Assembly (NCBI GenBank): GCA_028279805.1
Contig: JANQMZ010000007.1
Coordinates: 510,001 to 542,000 of the forward strand
DNA length: 32,000 nucleotides
Direction: 5' to 3'
From: an archaeon
GTDB lineage: Archaea > Iainarchaeota > Iainarchaeia > Iainarchaeales > JANQMZ01
The notes beneath the pieces were generated by a model that ran no database searches, was not told the origin of the DNA, and saw only the letters and a list, made by a program, of their open reading frames with translations. The position numbers and the translations under genes were made by a program. Below, in pieces: positions 1-8,138 of this stretch. Position 1 is the stretch's first letter; each line of letters starts with the position of its first letter.

Positions 1-70
1 ATGATGTTGAACTGAGGAAAATATTAAGAAAAGGAAAAATAAACCTGAATCAAATAAATTCTGTGATAAA

Positions 71-1039
71 ATGATAATACTGGGAATTGAAAGCACAGCA
101 CATACTTTTGGAGCCGGAATAATAAATGAAAAAAAAGAAATTTTAGCAAACGAAAAAAGTTCTTTTACAACAAAACAAGGGGGAATTCATCCCAGAAAAG
201 CAGCTGAACACCATTCCCAAAATGTTTTAAGTGTTGTAAAAAAAGCAATGGAAAAATCAAAATTATCATGGAATCAAATTGACGGAATAGCTTTTTCACA
301 GGGTCCGGGTCTGGGGCCCTGTTTAAAAGTCGGGGCAGTGGCTGCAAGAACATTATCTATTATACATAACAAACCGTTGTTTCCTGTGAATCACTGCATT
401 GCACATATTGAAATTGCAAAAGTTTTGGGCAAAGCAAAAAATCCCATTATTGTTTTCACTTCAGGTGCAAATACGCAGATAATCGGGCTTGAAAATAAAA
501 AATACAGAATTTTTGGAGAAACACTTGACACCGGTTTGGGGAATATGCTTGACTCTTTTGGAAGAAAGATTGGTTTGGGTTTTCCTGCAGGACCCGTGCT
601 TGACAAATGGTATTTTGAAGGAAAAAAACTGGTAGAACTGCCTTACACGGTTAAAGGAATGGATTTGGCTTTTTCAGGCCTGCAGACTGCTGCTGAACAA
701 AAAATAGGAAAAGAAAACAAAAAAGATTTGGCTTATTCTTTGCTGCATAATGCTTTTGCAATGGTTACAGAGGTTACGGAAAGAGCGTTGGCCCACACCA
801 GAAAAAAAGAAGTGATTATTACAGGCGGAGTTGCTGCTTCAAAAGCTTTAAGGCAAATGATTCAAAAAATGTGTTATGAACGGGGAGCAAAAGCTTTCGT
901 TCCTCCGGTAGAATTCTGTGTTGACAATGGTTTAATGATTGCATGGAACGGCCTACTTTTGTCAAAATCCAAACATAAAGAAAACAATTCGGAAATAAAA
1001 CCATATCAAAGAGTTGACCAGGTTAATGTTTCCTGGTAA
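71..1039 (+). CDS. kae1: Kae1, tRNA N6-adenosine threonylcarbamoyltransferase (KEOPS catalytic subunit)
   Basis: 322-aa ORF with N-terminal GIESTAHTFGAG, metal-binding NHCIAHIE and C-terminal VDNGLMIAW motifs typical of the Kae1/TsaD ASKHA fold. A GTGAT Shine-Dalgarno-like box lies 3 nt upstream of the ATG. Confidence 0.9.
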   Translation: MIILGIESTAHTFGAGIINEKKEILANEKSSFTTKQGGIHPRKAAEHHSQNVLSVVKKAMEKSKLSWNQIDGIAFSQGPGLGPCLKVGAVAARTLSIIHNKPLFPVNHCIAHIEIAKVLGKAKNPIIVFTSGANTQIIGLENKKYRIFGETLDTGLGNMLDSFGRKIGLGFPAGPVLDKWYFEGKKLVELPYTVKGMDLAFSGLQTAAEQKIGKENKKDLAYSLLHNAFAMVTEVTERALAHTRKKEVIITGGVAASKALRQMIQKMCYERGAKAFVPPVEFCVDNGLMIAWNGLLLSKSKHKENNSEIKPYQRVDQVNVSW

Positions 1040-1042
1040 TTT

Positions 1043-1612
1043 TTATTCTTTTCTTATTCTTCTTGCAAGTTGTTGAACAGGTGGTGAGTGAGTGAAAGTT
1101 TCACGGTATTCTTTTGTATACTTGTAAACAAACAAAAACAGAGCGGTTAAAACTATAAAAATTGTAACATTTAAAATTGTTGTAAAAGGTTCTGAAAGAT
1201 TTCGTTTCTCCCAGTCAATTAAAACAAATTCAGGGTCAAGATATGCGGCAATTGACATTGCAATTAAAACCGCAAAAACAAATTCAATTAAATTTAATGC
1301 TAAAATTCTGGGATCATTTTTAGCATCAGCAATTTTTGATTTTGTTGTAGAACTGATTAGATTGCCGGCATTTTTTTGAAGTTCATATGCAAACGGAAAT
1401 TTTTTTGAAATAAAAATCTGGAGTGCAATTATTGCAATTAAAATTGCTCCCAGAAAAATATAAGGCTGTTCTGACACTGCAGGACTGATTGAAACACTTT
1501 TTGCAGCAAGTGAAATGTCAATATTCAGGGTTTGAAACAAAAACCATAAAAAAGCAAAAGCCAGAACTATTTGCAAAGCCAAAATTGTTAAATCTGATTT
1601 TTTTAAATCCAT
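1043..1612 (-). CDS. hypothetical integral membrane protein (about 4 TM helices)
   Basis: 189-aa ORF with four long hydrophobic segments (e.g. LTILALQIVLAFAFLWFLF, IFLGAILIAIIALQIF, LIEFVFAVLIAMSIAAY, ILNVTIFIVLTALFLFVY) and a basic C-terminal tail. No family recognised. Confidence 0.6.
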   Translation of the reverse strand: MDLKKSDLTILALQIVLAFAFLWFLFQTLNIDISLAAKSVSISPAVSEQPYIFLGAILIAIIALQIFISKKFPFAYELQKNAGNLISSTTKSKIADAKNDPRILALNLIEFVFAVLIAMSIAAYLDPEFVLIDWEKRNLSEPFTTILNVTIFIVLTALFLFVYKYTKEYRETFTHSPPVQQLARRIRKE

Positions 1613-1719
1613 TAACAGAATATGATAAGCATTATTAATAAATTTGAGCCGTTTAACGGTTTTAAAACCAAAAAAGGCTTTTTAAAGATTATTCAGGCAC
1701 TTTGTTTTAGAGTGGTTTA

Positions 1720-4101
1720 ATGGCAAAACTAAATTTTAATGATTTAAGTCAAAAATGGCAAAAACAATGGGAAAATGAAAAAACCTATATTTTTGACCCA
1801 AAAGCAGGAAAATCTGTTTATTCCATTGATACTCCTCCGCCAACTGTCAGCGGCACGATGCACATAGGGCATGCTTTGGGTTATACCCAGGCAGATGTTA
1901 TTGCCCGTTATAAAAAAATGGCCGGATTTAATGTATTTTATCCTTTTGGATATGATGACAATGGTCTGGCTACTGAAAGATTTGTTGAAAAAAAAATCAA
2001 AAAAAGAGCAAAAGATTTTGAAAGGGAAAAATTCAGACAAATTTGTTTAAATGAAACACAGGAAGCTGAAAAAGAATTAAAAAAAAGTTTTCAAAGCATC
2101 GGATTAGGCTGTGACTGGAGCCAGATTTACAGAACAATCGACAATGATTCAATTAAAATTGCCCAGTTGTCTTTCCTGGATTTATGGAACAAAAAAAGAG
2201 TTTACAGGAAAAAAAGCCCTTCAATGTATTGTGTTCACTGTGAAACAAGTGTTGCACAAGCTGAACTTGAAGATAAAGAAAAAGAAACATTGTTCAGTGA
2301 AATTTTTTTTGAATTAGAGAATGGGAAAAAAATTTCAATTCAGACAACCAGACCGGAATTATTGGCTGCGTGTGTTGCAGTTTTTGTTAATCCTGATGAT
2401 AAAAATCATTCAAATTTGATTGGAAAAAAAGTAAAAGTTCCTTTGTTTGAAAAATGGGTTAAAATTAAAGCGGATAAAAGAGTGGATCCGGAAAAAGGCT
2501 CAGGAATTGTAATGTGCTGTACTTTCGGAGACCAGACTGATATGGAATGGTATCATGCATATGGTTTGGATTTAAAGCTGGCTATCGGAACCGACGGAAA
2601 AATGCTTAAAAATGCTGGAAAATATGAAGGGCTTAAAGTAAAAGAAGCAAGAGAAAAAATTTTAGAAGATTTAAAACAAAAAGGATTTCTAGGAAAACAA
2701 AAAAAAATTGTTCATGAAGTTAACACGCATGAAAGATGTGGCACGGAAATAGAGTTTTTGGTAACCGAACAATGGTTTTTGAAATATTTAGATTTGAAGA
2801 AAAAATTTATACAAGCCGGAAAAAAACTGAAATGGTATCCGAAACACATGCAAATAAGATATGAAAACTGGATTAACGGCTTGCAATGGGACTGGAGCAT
2901 TTCAAGGCAGAGATTTTTTGGCGTGCCAATTCCAGTATGGTATTGTGAAAAATGTGATTCTATAAAAGTGGCGGATGAAAAACAGTTGCCTATTGACCCT
3001 GTAAAAATGAAAATAACAGAAAAATGTGAATGCGGGGGAACTTTTAAAGGAGAAGAAGATGTTTTTGACACATGGTTTACTTCATCTTTAACGCCTCAGA
3101 TTAACGCAAAATGGGGCTTAAAAGATGAAAGAATGAATTTGTTTCCGATGTCTTTGAGGCCACAGGGACACGATATCATAACATTGTGGGCTTTTAACAC
3201 TGTTGTAAAAGGGTTAATGCACCATGAAAAAATTCCTTGGAAAGAAATTTTCATTAACGGTTTTGCATTAGATTCAAAAGGAAGAAAAATGAGCAAAAGC
3301 AGGGGAAACGTAGTTGACCCTGAAAAAGTTATTGAAAAATTTTCAGCTGATGCTTTAAGGTACTGGGCTTGTTCTGTGACAACAGGAGAAGATGTTCCGT
3401 ATCAGGAAAAAGAATTAACTTCTGGAACAAAATTTTTAAACAAAATTTATAATGCGTCAAAATTTGTTAAAATGGTTGCAAAAAATGCTATAAAAAAACC
3501 GGAAAAAAAAGATTTTGAAGTTGAAGATTTATGGATTTTAAGCCGGTTAAACAAAGTTATTCAAAATTCAACAAAAAACATGGATAATTATGATTTGTCT
3601 AAATGTTTAAATGAAACAAGAAATTTTTTCTGGTTAGAATTTGCAAATTTTTATCTGGAAGAAATAAAACACAGAGTTTACAATAAAAATGTTTCAAAAC
3701 AAAGCGCTGATGCTGCAAAATGGGTTTTGTTACAGGTTGTTGATTCAAGTTTAAAATTGTTGGCGCCCTTTGTTCCTCATATTACAGAAGAAGCATGGAG
3801 AAATATTTTAAAAAACAAAAAAAGCATTCATTTGGAAAAATGGCCCCAGGCAGACAAATCTTTTATCAGCGCAAAAGATGAAGAAACAGGTGAAAAAATG
3901 AATAACGTTATAACAGATTTGAGAAAAATAAAAGCTGAAAAAGGACTTGCTTTAAATGAAGAAGTTTCAGAGGCAAAAATTTTTGTTCAAAATGAAAAAG
4001 AAAAACAAATGATTCAAAAATCGGTTAAAACTATTAAAAACACGCTTAATATAAAAAACATTCATATTGAAATCGGAAAAAAAAGTGCTGAACTAAAATG
4101 A
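1720..4101 (+). CDS. valS: valyl-tRNA synthetase (class Ia)
   Basis: 793-aa ORF. HIGH region PPPTVSGTMHIGHALGY (the PPPxxxG context is typical of ValRS), KMSKS loop KMSKSRGN, and DWSISRQRFFGVPIPVWYC after the editing domain. The alternative IleRS/LeuRS assignment is less likely given the PPP motif and the length. Confidence 0.85.
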   Translation: MAKLNFNDLSQKWQKQWENEKTYIFDPKAGKSVYSIDTPPPTVSGTMHIGHALGYTQADVIARYKKMAGFNVFYPFGYDDNGLATERFVEKKIKKRAKDFEREKFRQICLNETQEAEKELKKSFQSIGLGCDWSQIYRTIDNDSIKIAQLSFLDLWNKKRVYRKKSPSMYCVHCETSVAQAELEDKEKETLFSEIFFELENGKKISIQTTRPELLAACVAVFVNPDDKNHSNLIGKKVKVPLFEKWVKIKADKRVDPEKGSGIVMCCTFGDQTDMEWYHAYGLDLKLAIGTDGKMLKNAGKYEGLKVKEAREKILEDLKQKGFLGKQKKIVHEVNTHERCGTEIEFLVTEQWFLKYLDLKKKFIQAGKKLKWYPKHMQIRYENWINGLQWDWSISRQRFFGVPIPVWYCEKCDSIKVADEKQLPIDPVKMKITEKCECGGTFKGEEDVFDTWFTSSLTPQINAKWGLKDERMNLFPMSLRPQGHDIITLWAFNTVVKGLMHHEKIPWKEIFINGFALDSKGRKMSKSRGNVVDPEKVIEKFSADALRYWACSVTTGEDVPYQEKELTSGTKFLNKIYNASKFVKMVAKNAIKKPEKKDFEVEDLWILSRLNKVIQNSTKNMDNYDLSKCLNETRNFFWLEFANFYLEEIKHRVYNKNVSKQSADAAKWVLLQVVDSSLKLLAPFVPHITEEAWRNILKNKKSIHLEKWPQADKSFISAKDEETGEKMNNVITDLRKIKAEKGLALNEEVSEAKIFVQNEKEKQMIQKSVKTIKNTLNIKNIHIEIGKKSAELK

Positions 4102-4688
4102 AAATAATTGAAAAAGGAGCTGAAGCTGATTTAATTTTAAAAAATGGCTTGCTGATAAAAAAAAGAATATCAAAAAAATACAGAAACAAGGAACTGGATT
4201 TTAAAATAAGAAAAGAAAGAACAAAAATTGAATCAAGTTTGATAAGAAAAGCAAGAACTTTGGGGATTAATACTCCAAAAATTTTTGAAACAGATTTAAA
4301 AAAAATGAAAATATCAATGGAATATCTTAAAGGAAAAAGGCTTAAAGACGAGTTGAATGAAAAAAATTTAAATTACTGTTTTGAAGCGGGAAAATTTATA
4401 GGATTAATGCATTCTGGCGGATTGATTCACGGGGATCTGACTACGAGCAATATTATTGTTTTAAACAAAAAACTGTATTTTATTGATTTTGGGTTAGGTT
4501 TTCATTCAAAAAAAAATGAAGATTTTGCTGTTGACCTGTTAAATTTTAAAAAAACGTTTATGGCAACCCATTCAGAATTTAAAAAAGGATGGCAAAAACT
4601 GGTTAAAGGCTATAATGAAAATTTTGGCAAATCAAAGCATGTTTTGGAACAACTGGAAAAAATTGAAAAAAGAGGAAGATACCTTTAA
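4098..4688 (+). CDS. bud32: Bud32/PRPK atypical protein kinase (KEOPS subunit)
   Basis: 196-aa ORF with the glycine-loop region GAEADLI, catalytic loop HGDLTTSNII and IDFGL. The size is typical of archaeal Bud32. Its start overlaps the valS stop (ATGA at 4098-4101). Confidence 0.8.
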   Translation: MKIIEKGAEADLILKNGLLIKKRISKKYRNKELDFKIRKERTKIESSLIRKARTLGINTPKIFETDLKKMKISMEYLKGKRLKDELNEKNLNYCFEAGKFIGLMHSGGLIHGDLTTSNIIVLNKKLYFIDFGLGFHSKKNEDFAVDLLNFKKTFMATHSEFKKGWQKLVKGYNENFGKSKHVLEQLEKIEKRGRYL

Positions 4689-4750
4689 AGTAGCCTTTTT
4701 AAATCTTTTGAGCCACTTTTAGTTTTAGTTGATTTTTTAAATTAACTCTT

Positions 4751-4771
4751 TTCCACGCCGGCAGGGTGGAA
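4751..4771 (+). other. isolated GC-rich hairpin (TTCCAC / 9-nt loop GCCGGCAGG / GTGGAA) in the uS15 upstream region
   Basis: Read directly: ttccac gccggcagg gtggaa. It is followed by A10-C-A8 (4775-4793) and then the uS15 ATG at 4804. This is the only strongly GC-rich stretch I saw in any intergenic region of the window. Confidence 0.3.
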
Positions 4772-4803
4772 CGGAAAAAAAAAACAAAAAAAAGTGTTAT
4801 TTT

Positions 4804-5256
4804 ATGGCTAGAATGCATTCTGGAGCAAAAGGTCAAAGCGGTTCAACAAAACCTGTTGAAGAAAAAGCAGACTGGGTTGAATACAAAGCAAATGAAATAA
4901 TAAAAATAATTATAGATTTGGCTAACACAGGGCTGAAAAAAAGCCAGATTGGAGTAATATTGAGGGACCAGTACGGAATTCCCAATGTTAAAACTTTAAC
5001 CGGGAAAAAAATTTCAGCAATATTAGATGAAAACAATTTCAAAGAAGAATTGCCTGAAGATTTATTAAATCTTATAAGAAAAAGCGTGGAGCTGCAGGAA
5101 CATTTGACAGACCATAAAAAAGATTTTAAAGCAAAAAGAGGCTATGAGCTGACTGTTTCAAAAATCAGGCGTTTGGCAAAATATTATGCTAAAAAGAAAA
5201 AAATTCCGGAAAGCTGGAAATACAGTGAGGAAACCGCAAAACTGCTGGTAAAATGA
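4804..5256 (+). CDS. rps15: 30S ribosomal protein uS15 (archaeal S15 / eukaryotic S13e type)
   Basis: 150-aa ORF starting MARMHSGAKGQSGSTKP, the characteristic archaeal/eukaryotic uS15 N-terminus. It has the C-terminal S15 helical region (RRLAKYYAKKKKIP). Confidence 0.9.
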   Translation: MARMHSGAKGQSGSTKPVEEKADWVEYKANEIIKIIIDLANTGLKKSQIGVILRDQYGIPNVKTLTGKKISAILDENNFKEELPEDLLNLIRKSVELQEHLTDHKKDFKAKRGYELTVSKIRRLAKYYAKKKKIPESWKYSEETAKLLVK

Positions 5257-5260
5257 TAAA

Positions 5261-5380
5261 ATGGATTTTAAATTAGTGTTAAAAATTAACGGAAAAAAAA
5301 TTGAACAAAAAGGAAACAAGAATTTAAAAAAAATTTTACAGGAAGGAGACAAAATAATAAAACAACAAATAAAAGTGTGA
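5261..5380 (+). CDS. unannotated 39-codon small ORF filling the uS15-eS1 spacer
   Basis: My own translation: MDFKLVLKINGKKIEQKGNKNLKKILQEGDKIIKQQIKV. The ATG lies 4 nt after the uS15 stop and the TGA lies 4 nt before the eS1 ATG. It is below the 60-aa cut-off of the supplied ORF track. No confident family. Confidence 0.3.
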   Translation: MDFKLVLKINGKKIEQKGNKNLKKILQEGDKIIKQQIKV

Positions 5381-5384
5381 AACA

Positions 5385-5972
5385 ATGGCTAAAAAAACAA
5401 TAAAAAGAAGCAAAACCGTTGACAAATGGAAAACAAAAAAATGGTTTACACTTGTCGCTCCAAAAATTTTTAACTTAAAAGAACTTGGAACAACTCCGAC
5501 CCAAAAGCCAAAAAATCTTGAAAACCGGGTTATAGAAAAAACATTGGATCAGTTAACGGGTAACAGAAAATTAAAACATGTTACAATCAGAATGAAAGTA
5601 AAAGAAATACAGGAATTAAAAGCTTATACACAAATTGTTGGACACGAAATCAAAGGGTCATACATTGCAAGAATGGTGAGAAGAAGAAAAAGCAAAATTG
5701 ACTCAGTTTTAACAGTTTTTGCTAAAAACGGGGAAAAAATCAGAATTACGGCAACAACTTTATGCAACATAAAACTAAAATCAAAAAAAGAAACAGATAT
5801 AAGAAAAATAATGGAAGAAGAAATAATAAAACTGACAAAAGAAAAAAATTATGAAAATTTTGTAGGAGATTTGCTTTCAGGAGAATTATCTTCAAATATT
5901 TTTAAAAGAATTAAAAGTATTGCTCCCATTAAAAGAGTTGAAATAATCAAATCAAGAATAATTTCCGGTTAA
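5385..5972 (+). CDS. rps3ae: 30S ribosomal protein eS1 (S3Ae)
   Basis: 195-aa ORF. The N-terminal KTVDKWKTKKWFTLVAPKIF matches the conserved S3Ae signature (W..K.W..v.AP..F), and the length is typical. Confidence 0.9.
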   Translation: MAKKTIKRSKTVDKWKTKKWFTLVAPKIFNLKELGTTPTQKPKNLENRVIEKTLDQLTGNRKLKHVTIRMKVKEIQELKAYTQIVGHEIKGSYIARMVRRRKSKIDSVLTVFAKNGEKIRITATTLCNIKLKSKKETDIRKIMEEEIIKLTKEKNYENFVGDLLSGELSSNIFKRIKSIAPIKRVEIIKSRIISG

Positions 5973-5975
5973 AAA

Positions 5976-6668
5976 ATGATTATACCAGCTGAATTTTCGC
6001 AAATTGTAAATGTTGTAATAGTTCTGCTTACCTTAATTGTTTTTACCCTTTTTTCAATGAAAAAAAAAGCACTTGACAGGGAAGGATTAATTGTAGGAAA
6101 TATTGTAGGAATAGCAATATATTTACAGGGAGGATTTCACCCTTTTTTAACACTGATTTTTTTCTTTTTTATAGCGGATATAAGCACAAGAATGACAAGA
6201 ATGGGAAATGCAGAAAAACATGAAATAAGAACAACGGGAAACATTATTGGAAACAGTTTGCCTGCATTGCTTGCATTATCAATGAATTCTTTCACAGGTT
6301 TTTACGGAGCAATGTCAGCAGCATTAGCCGACACTCTTTCAAGCGAATTGGGCTTGCTGAGCAAAAAAAAACCCGTTTTAATAACAACTTTTGAAAAAGT
6401 TAAGGCAGGAACGGACGGCGGAATAACATGGTTTGGCCTGGTTGCTGCACTGATTGGCGCGGTTTTTATTGCACTTGTACATTTTTATATTTTTCAAAAC
6501 ATATTACTCGCAATAATCATAATAATAGCAGGATTGTTTGGGTCAATTGTTGATTCTTTTTTTGGCGCTGTTTTTGAAAGAAAAAAAATTCTCACAAACA
6601 CTCATGTAAATTTTATCGGTTCAAGCGCGGGAGCAATACTTGCAGTATTATTAAGCCTGGTTTTTTAA
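5976..6668 (+). CDS. DUF92/TMEM19-family integral membrane protein (COG1836)
   Basis: 230-aa polytopic ORF with the family-typical LADTLSSELG motif and a glycine-rich C-terminal TM region (GLFGSIVDSFFGA). Confidence 0.7.
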   Translation: MIIPAEFSQIVNVVIVLLTLIVFTLFSMKKKALDREGLIVGNIVGIAIYLQGGFHPFLTLIFFFFIADISTRMTRMGNAEKHEIRTTGNIIGNSLPALLALSMNSFTGFYGAMSAALADTLSSELGLLSKKKPVLITTFEKVKAGTDGGITWFGLVAALIGAVFIALVHFYIFQNILLAIIIIIAGLFGSIVDSFFGAVFERKKILTNTHVNFIGSSAGAILAVLLSLVF

Positions 6669-7561
6669 GATTTAATGGTTAAAGGCTCGTAAGAAATGCC
6701 TTTTTTGAAACCTGCTCCGAGTGAAAAACCAAAATTTGAAAACAAGTCAAAAACACTTTTTTCCTTATTTGAAAAATCTTTCACAAAAGGTTTTTCAGTT
6801 ATGCCGCCCAGTTCCCCCGCTCTTTTAATAGCATAATCCCTTGAGCCAAGTTCATCTACCAAACCTATTTCTTTTGCCTGGGTGCCTGACAAAATTCTAC
6901 CGTCAATAATCTGTTCAAATAATTCAGTATTTAGTTTTTCCCCGCGGAATTGTTTAATGTCATTGACAAAATTTTCAAAAGTCTGGTCTAAAAGTGTTTG
7001 AAAAATTTTTCTTTCCTCTTCATCGAGGGAAGAAAAAGGGCTTCCGATATCCTTATGCTCTCCTTTTTTTAAAACTTCAAATTTTAAACCGATTTTTTCA
7101 AACAATTCACTGTAATCCGCAACAACTGAAATGACGCCAATGCTTCCGGTTATTGAATCTTCATCAGAAATAATCAGATCAGAAGCAGATGCAACATAGT
7201 ATCCGCCTGAAGCACCAATATCTGAAATCCATGCAACAACCGGTTTGTCAATGCTTCTTATTTTTTCAACAATTTGTTTTGTTGCAACAACCTGTCCTCC
7301 GGGAGAATTAATTTCAATCAAAATGCTTGAAACAGTTGAATCATTTTCAGCGAGTTCAAGTTTTTCCACAAATTGAAAAGCAGTTAAATCTGATGAAAAC
7401 AATGCTGAATCATTTGAAATTTCTCCATGCAAAGGAATTAAGGCAACATTATTCCCAAACAATGAATAATCCAGGAAAAGCGTTAAAAAAAACAAAACAA
7501 GCAGAACAATAACACTCAAAAAAATCAAAGGTTTAAATTTTTTCAAATTCAAAAAAATCAC
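6665..7561 (-). CDS. sppA: signal peptide peptidase SppA (S49 family, 36K type)
   Basis: 298-aa ORF with an N-terminal TM anchor, the serine motif SDIGASGGYYVASASD, the lysine region KKGEHKD, and the ClpP/crotonase-like pattern INSPGG. Confidence 0.8.
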   Translation of the reverse strand: MIFLNLKKFKPLIFLSVIVLLVLFFLTLFLDYSLFGNNVALIPLHGEISNDSALFSSDLTAFQFVEKLELAENDSTVSSILIEINSPGGQVVATKQIVEKIRSIDKPVVAWISDIGASGGYYVASASDLIISDEDSITGSIGVISVVADYSELFEKIGLKFEVLKKGEHKDIGSPFSSLDEEERKIFQTLLDQTFENFVNDIKQFRGEKLNTELFEQIIDGRILSGTQAKEIGLVDELGSRDYAIKRAGELGGITEKPFVKDFSNKEKSVFDLFSNFGFSLGAGFKKGISYEPLTIKS

Positions 7562-7616
7562 TCTAATTCTAATAGGCAGCAGAATGTTTTTATTAGTTTA
7601 ACGCCAATAGTTAAAC

Positions 7617-8138
7617 ATGATCTATGATACTGAGCTTATTATACGAATTTTACTGATAGCATGGCCTCTTTACATTACAAACGGCTCAGCACTGGCTTTT
7701 GGCGGAGGATTGCCAGTAGATTTAAATCAAAAATTTTTGGACAAAAAACCAATTCTGGGAAAAGGAAAAACTTTTCAGGGAACATTAAGCGGTTTTTTTT
7801 TCGGAGTGTTGTCAGCAATTTCTCTTGAAATTCTGCTGCCCCAATACACAGGAATTTTAACGCCTAATTATGCATTGCTCGGTTCAATGCTTGCATTCGG
7901 TGCAATAATAGGAGATTTTGTTTCCTCTTTTTTAAAAAGAAGACTTTCAATGAAACAGGGAAAAGAATGGTTTATTGTTGACCAGCTTGACTTTGTTGCA
8001 GGAGGCTTGCTTTTTTCCTCATGGATTTACATTCCAAAAGTAAGCGAAATAATTCTAATAGCTTTTTTAACACTGATTTTGCACAAATTTTTCAACTGGG
8101 TTGCATTTAAAGCAAAAATAAAAAATGTTCCATGGTGA
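7617..8138 (+). CDS. carS: CDP-archaeol synthase (CTP:2,3-digeranylgeranylglyceryl phosphate cytidylyltransferase)
   Basis: 173-aa polytopic ORF. YITNGSALAFGGGLPVDL and ILGKGKTFQGTLSGFFFG match the CarS/DUF46 signature (NG.P...GG.P.D.G, LG.GKT.RG). The size is typical. Confidence 0.75.
   Translation: MIYDTELIIRILLIAWPLYITNGSALAFGGGLPVDLNQKFLDKKPILGKGKTFQGTLSGFFFGVLSAISLEILLPQYTGILTPNYALLGSMLAFGAIIGDFVSSFLKRRLSMKQGKEWFIVDQLDFVAGGLLFSSWIYIPKVSEIILIAFLTLILHKFFNWVAFKAKIKNVPW

Noticed and set aside
1-48. C/D-box sRNA-like motifs at the window start (ATGATGT at 1-7, CTGA at 12-15 and 45-48).
   Set aside because: The spacing does not fit a C/D sRNA. The D' box would be only 4 nt after the C box, there is no C' box, and there are no terminal pairing stems. 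The first 15 nt may simply be the 3' end of an upstream ORF ending in TGA.
4751-4771. Reading the TTCCAC...GTGGAA dyad as an ORB element marking a replication origin.
   Set aside because: It is a single copy whose half-sites are separated by 9 nt instead of abutting. It lies 13 kb from orc1/cdc6 and has no second inverted copy flanking an unwinding element. I kept it as a finding only as an unexplained hairpin.
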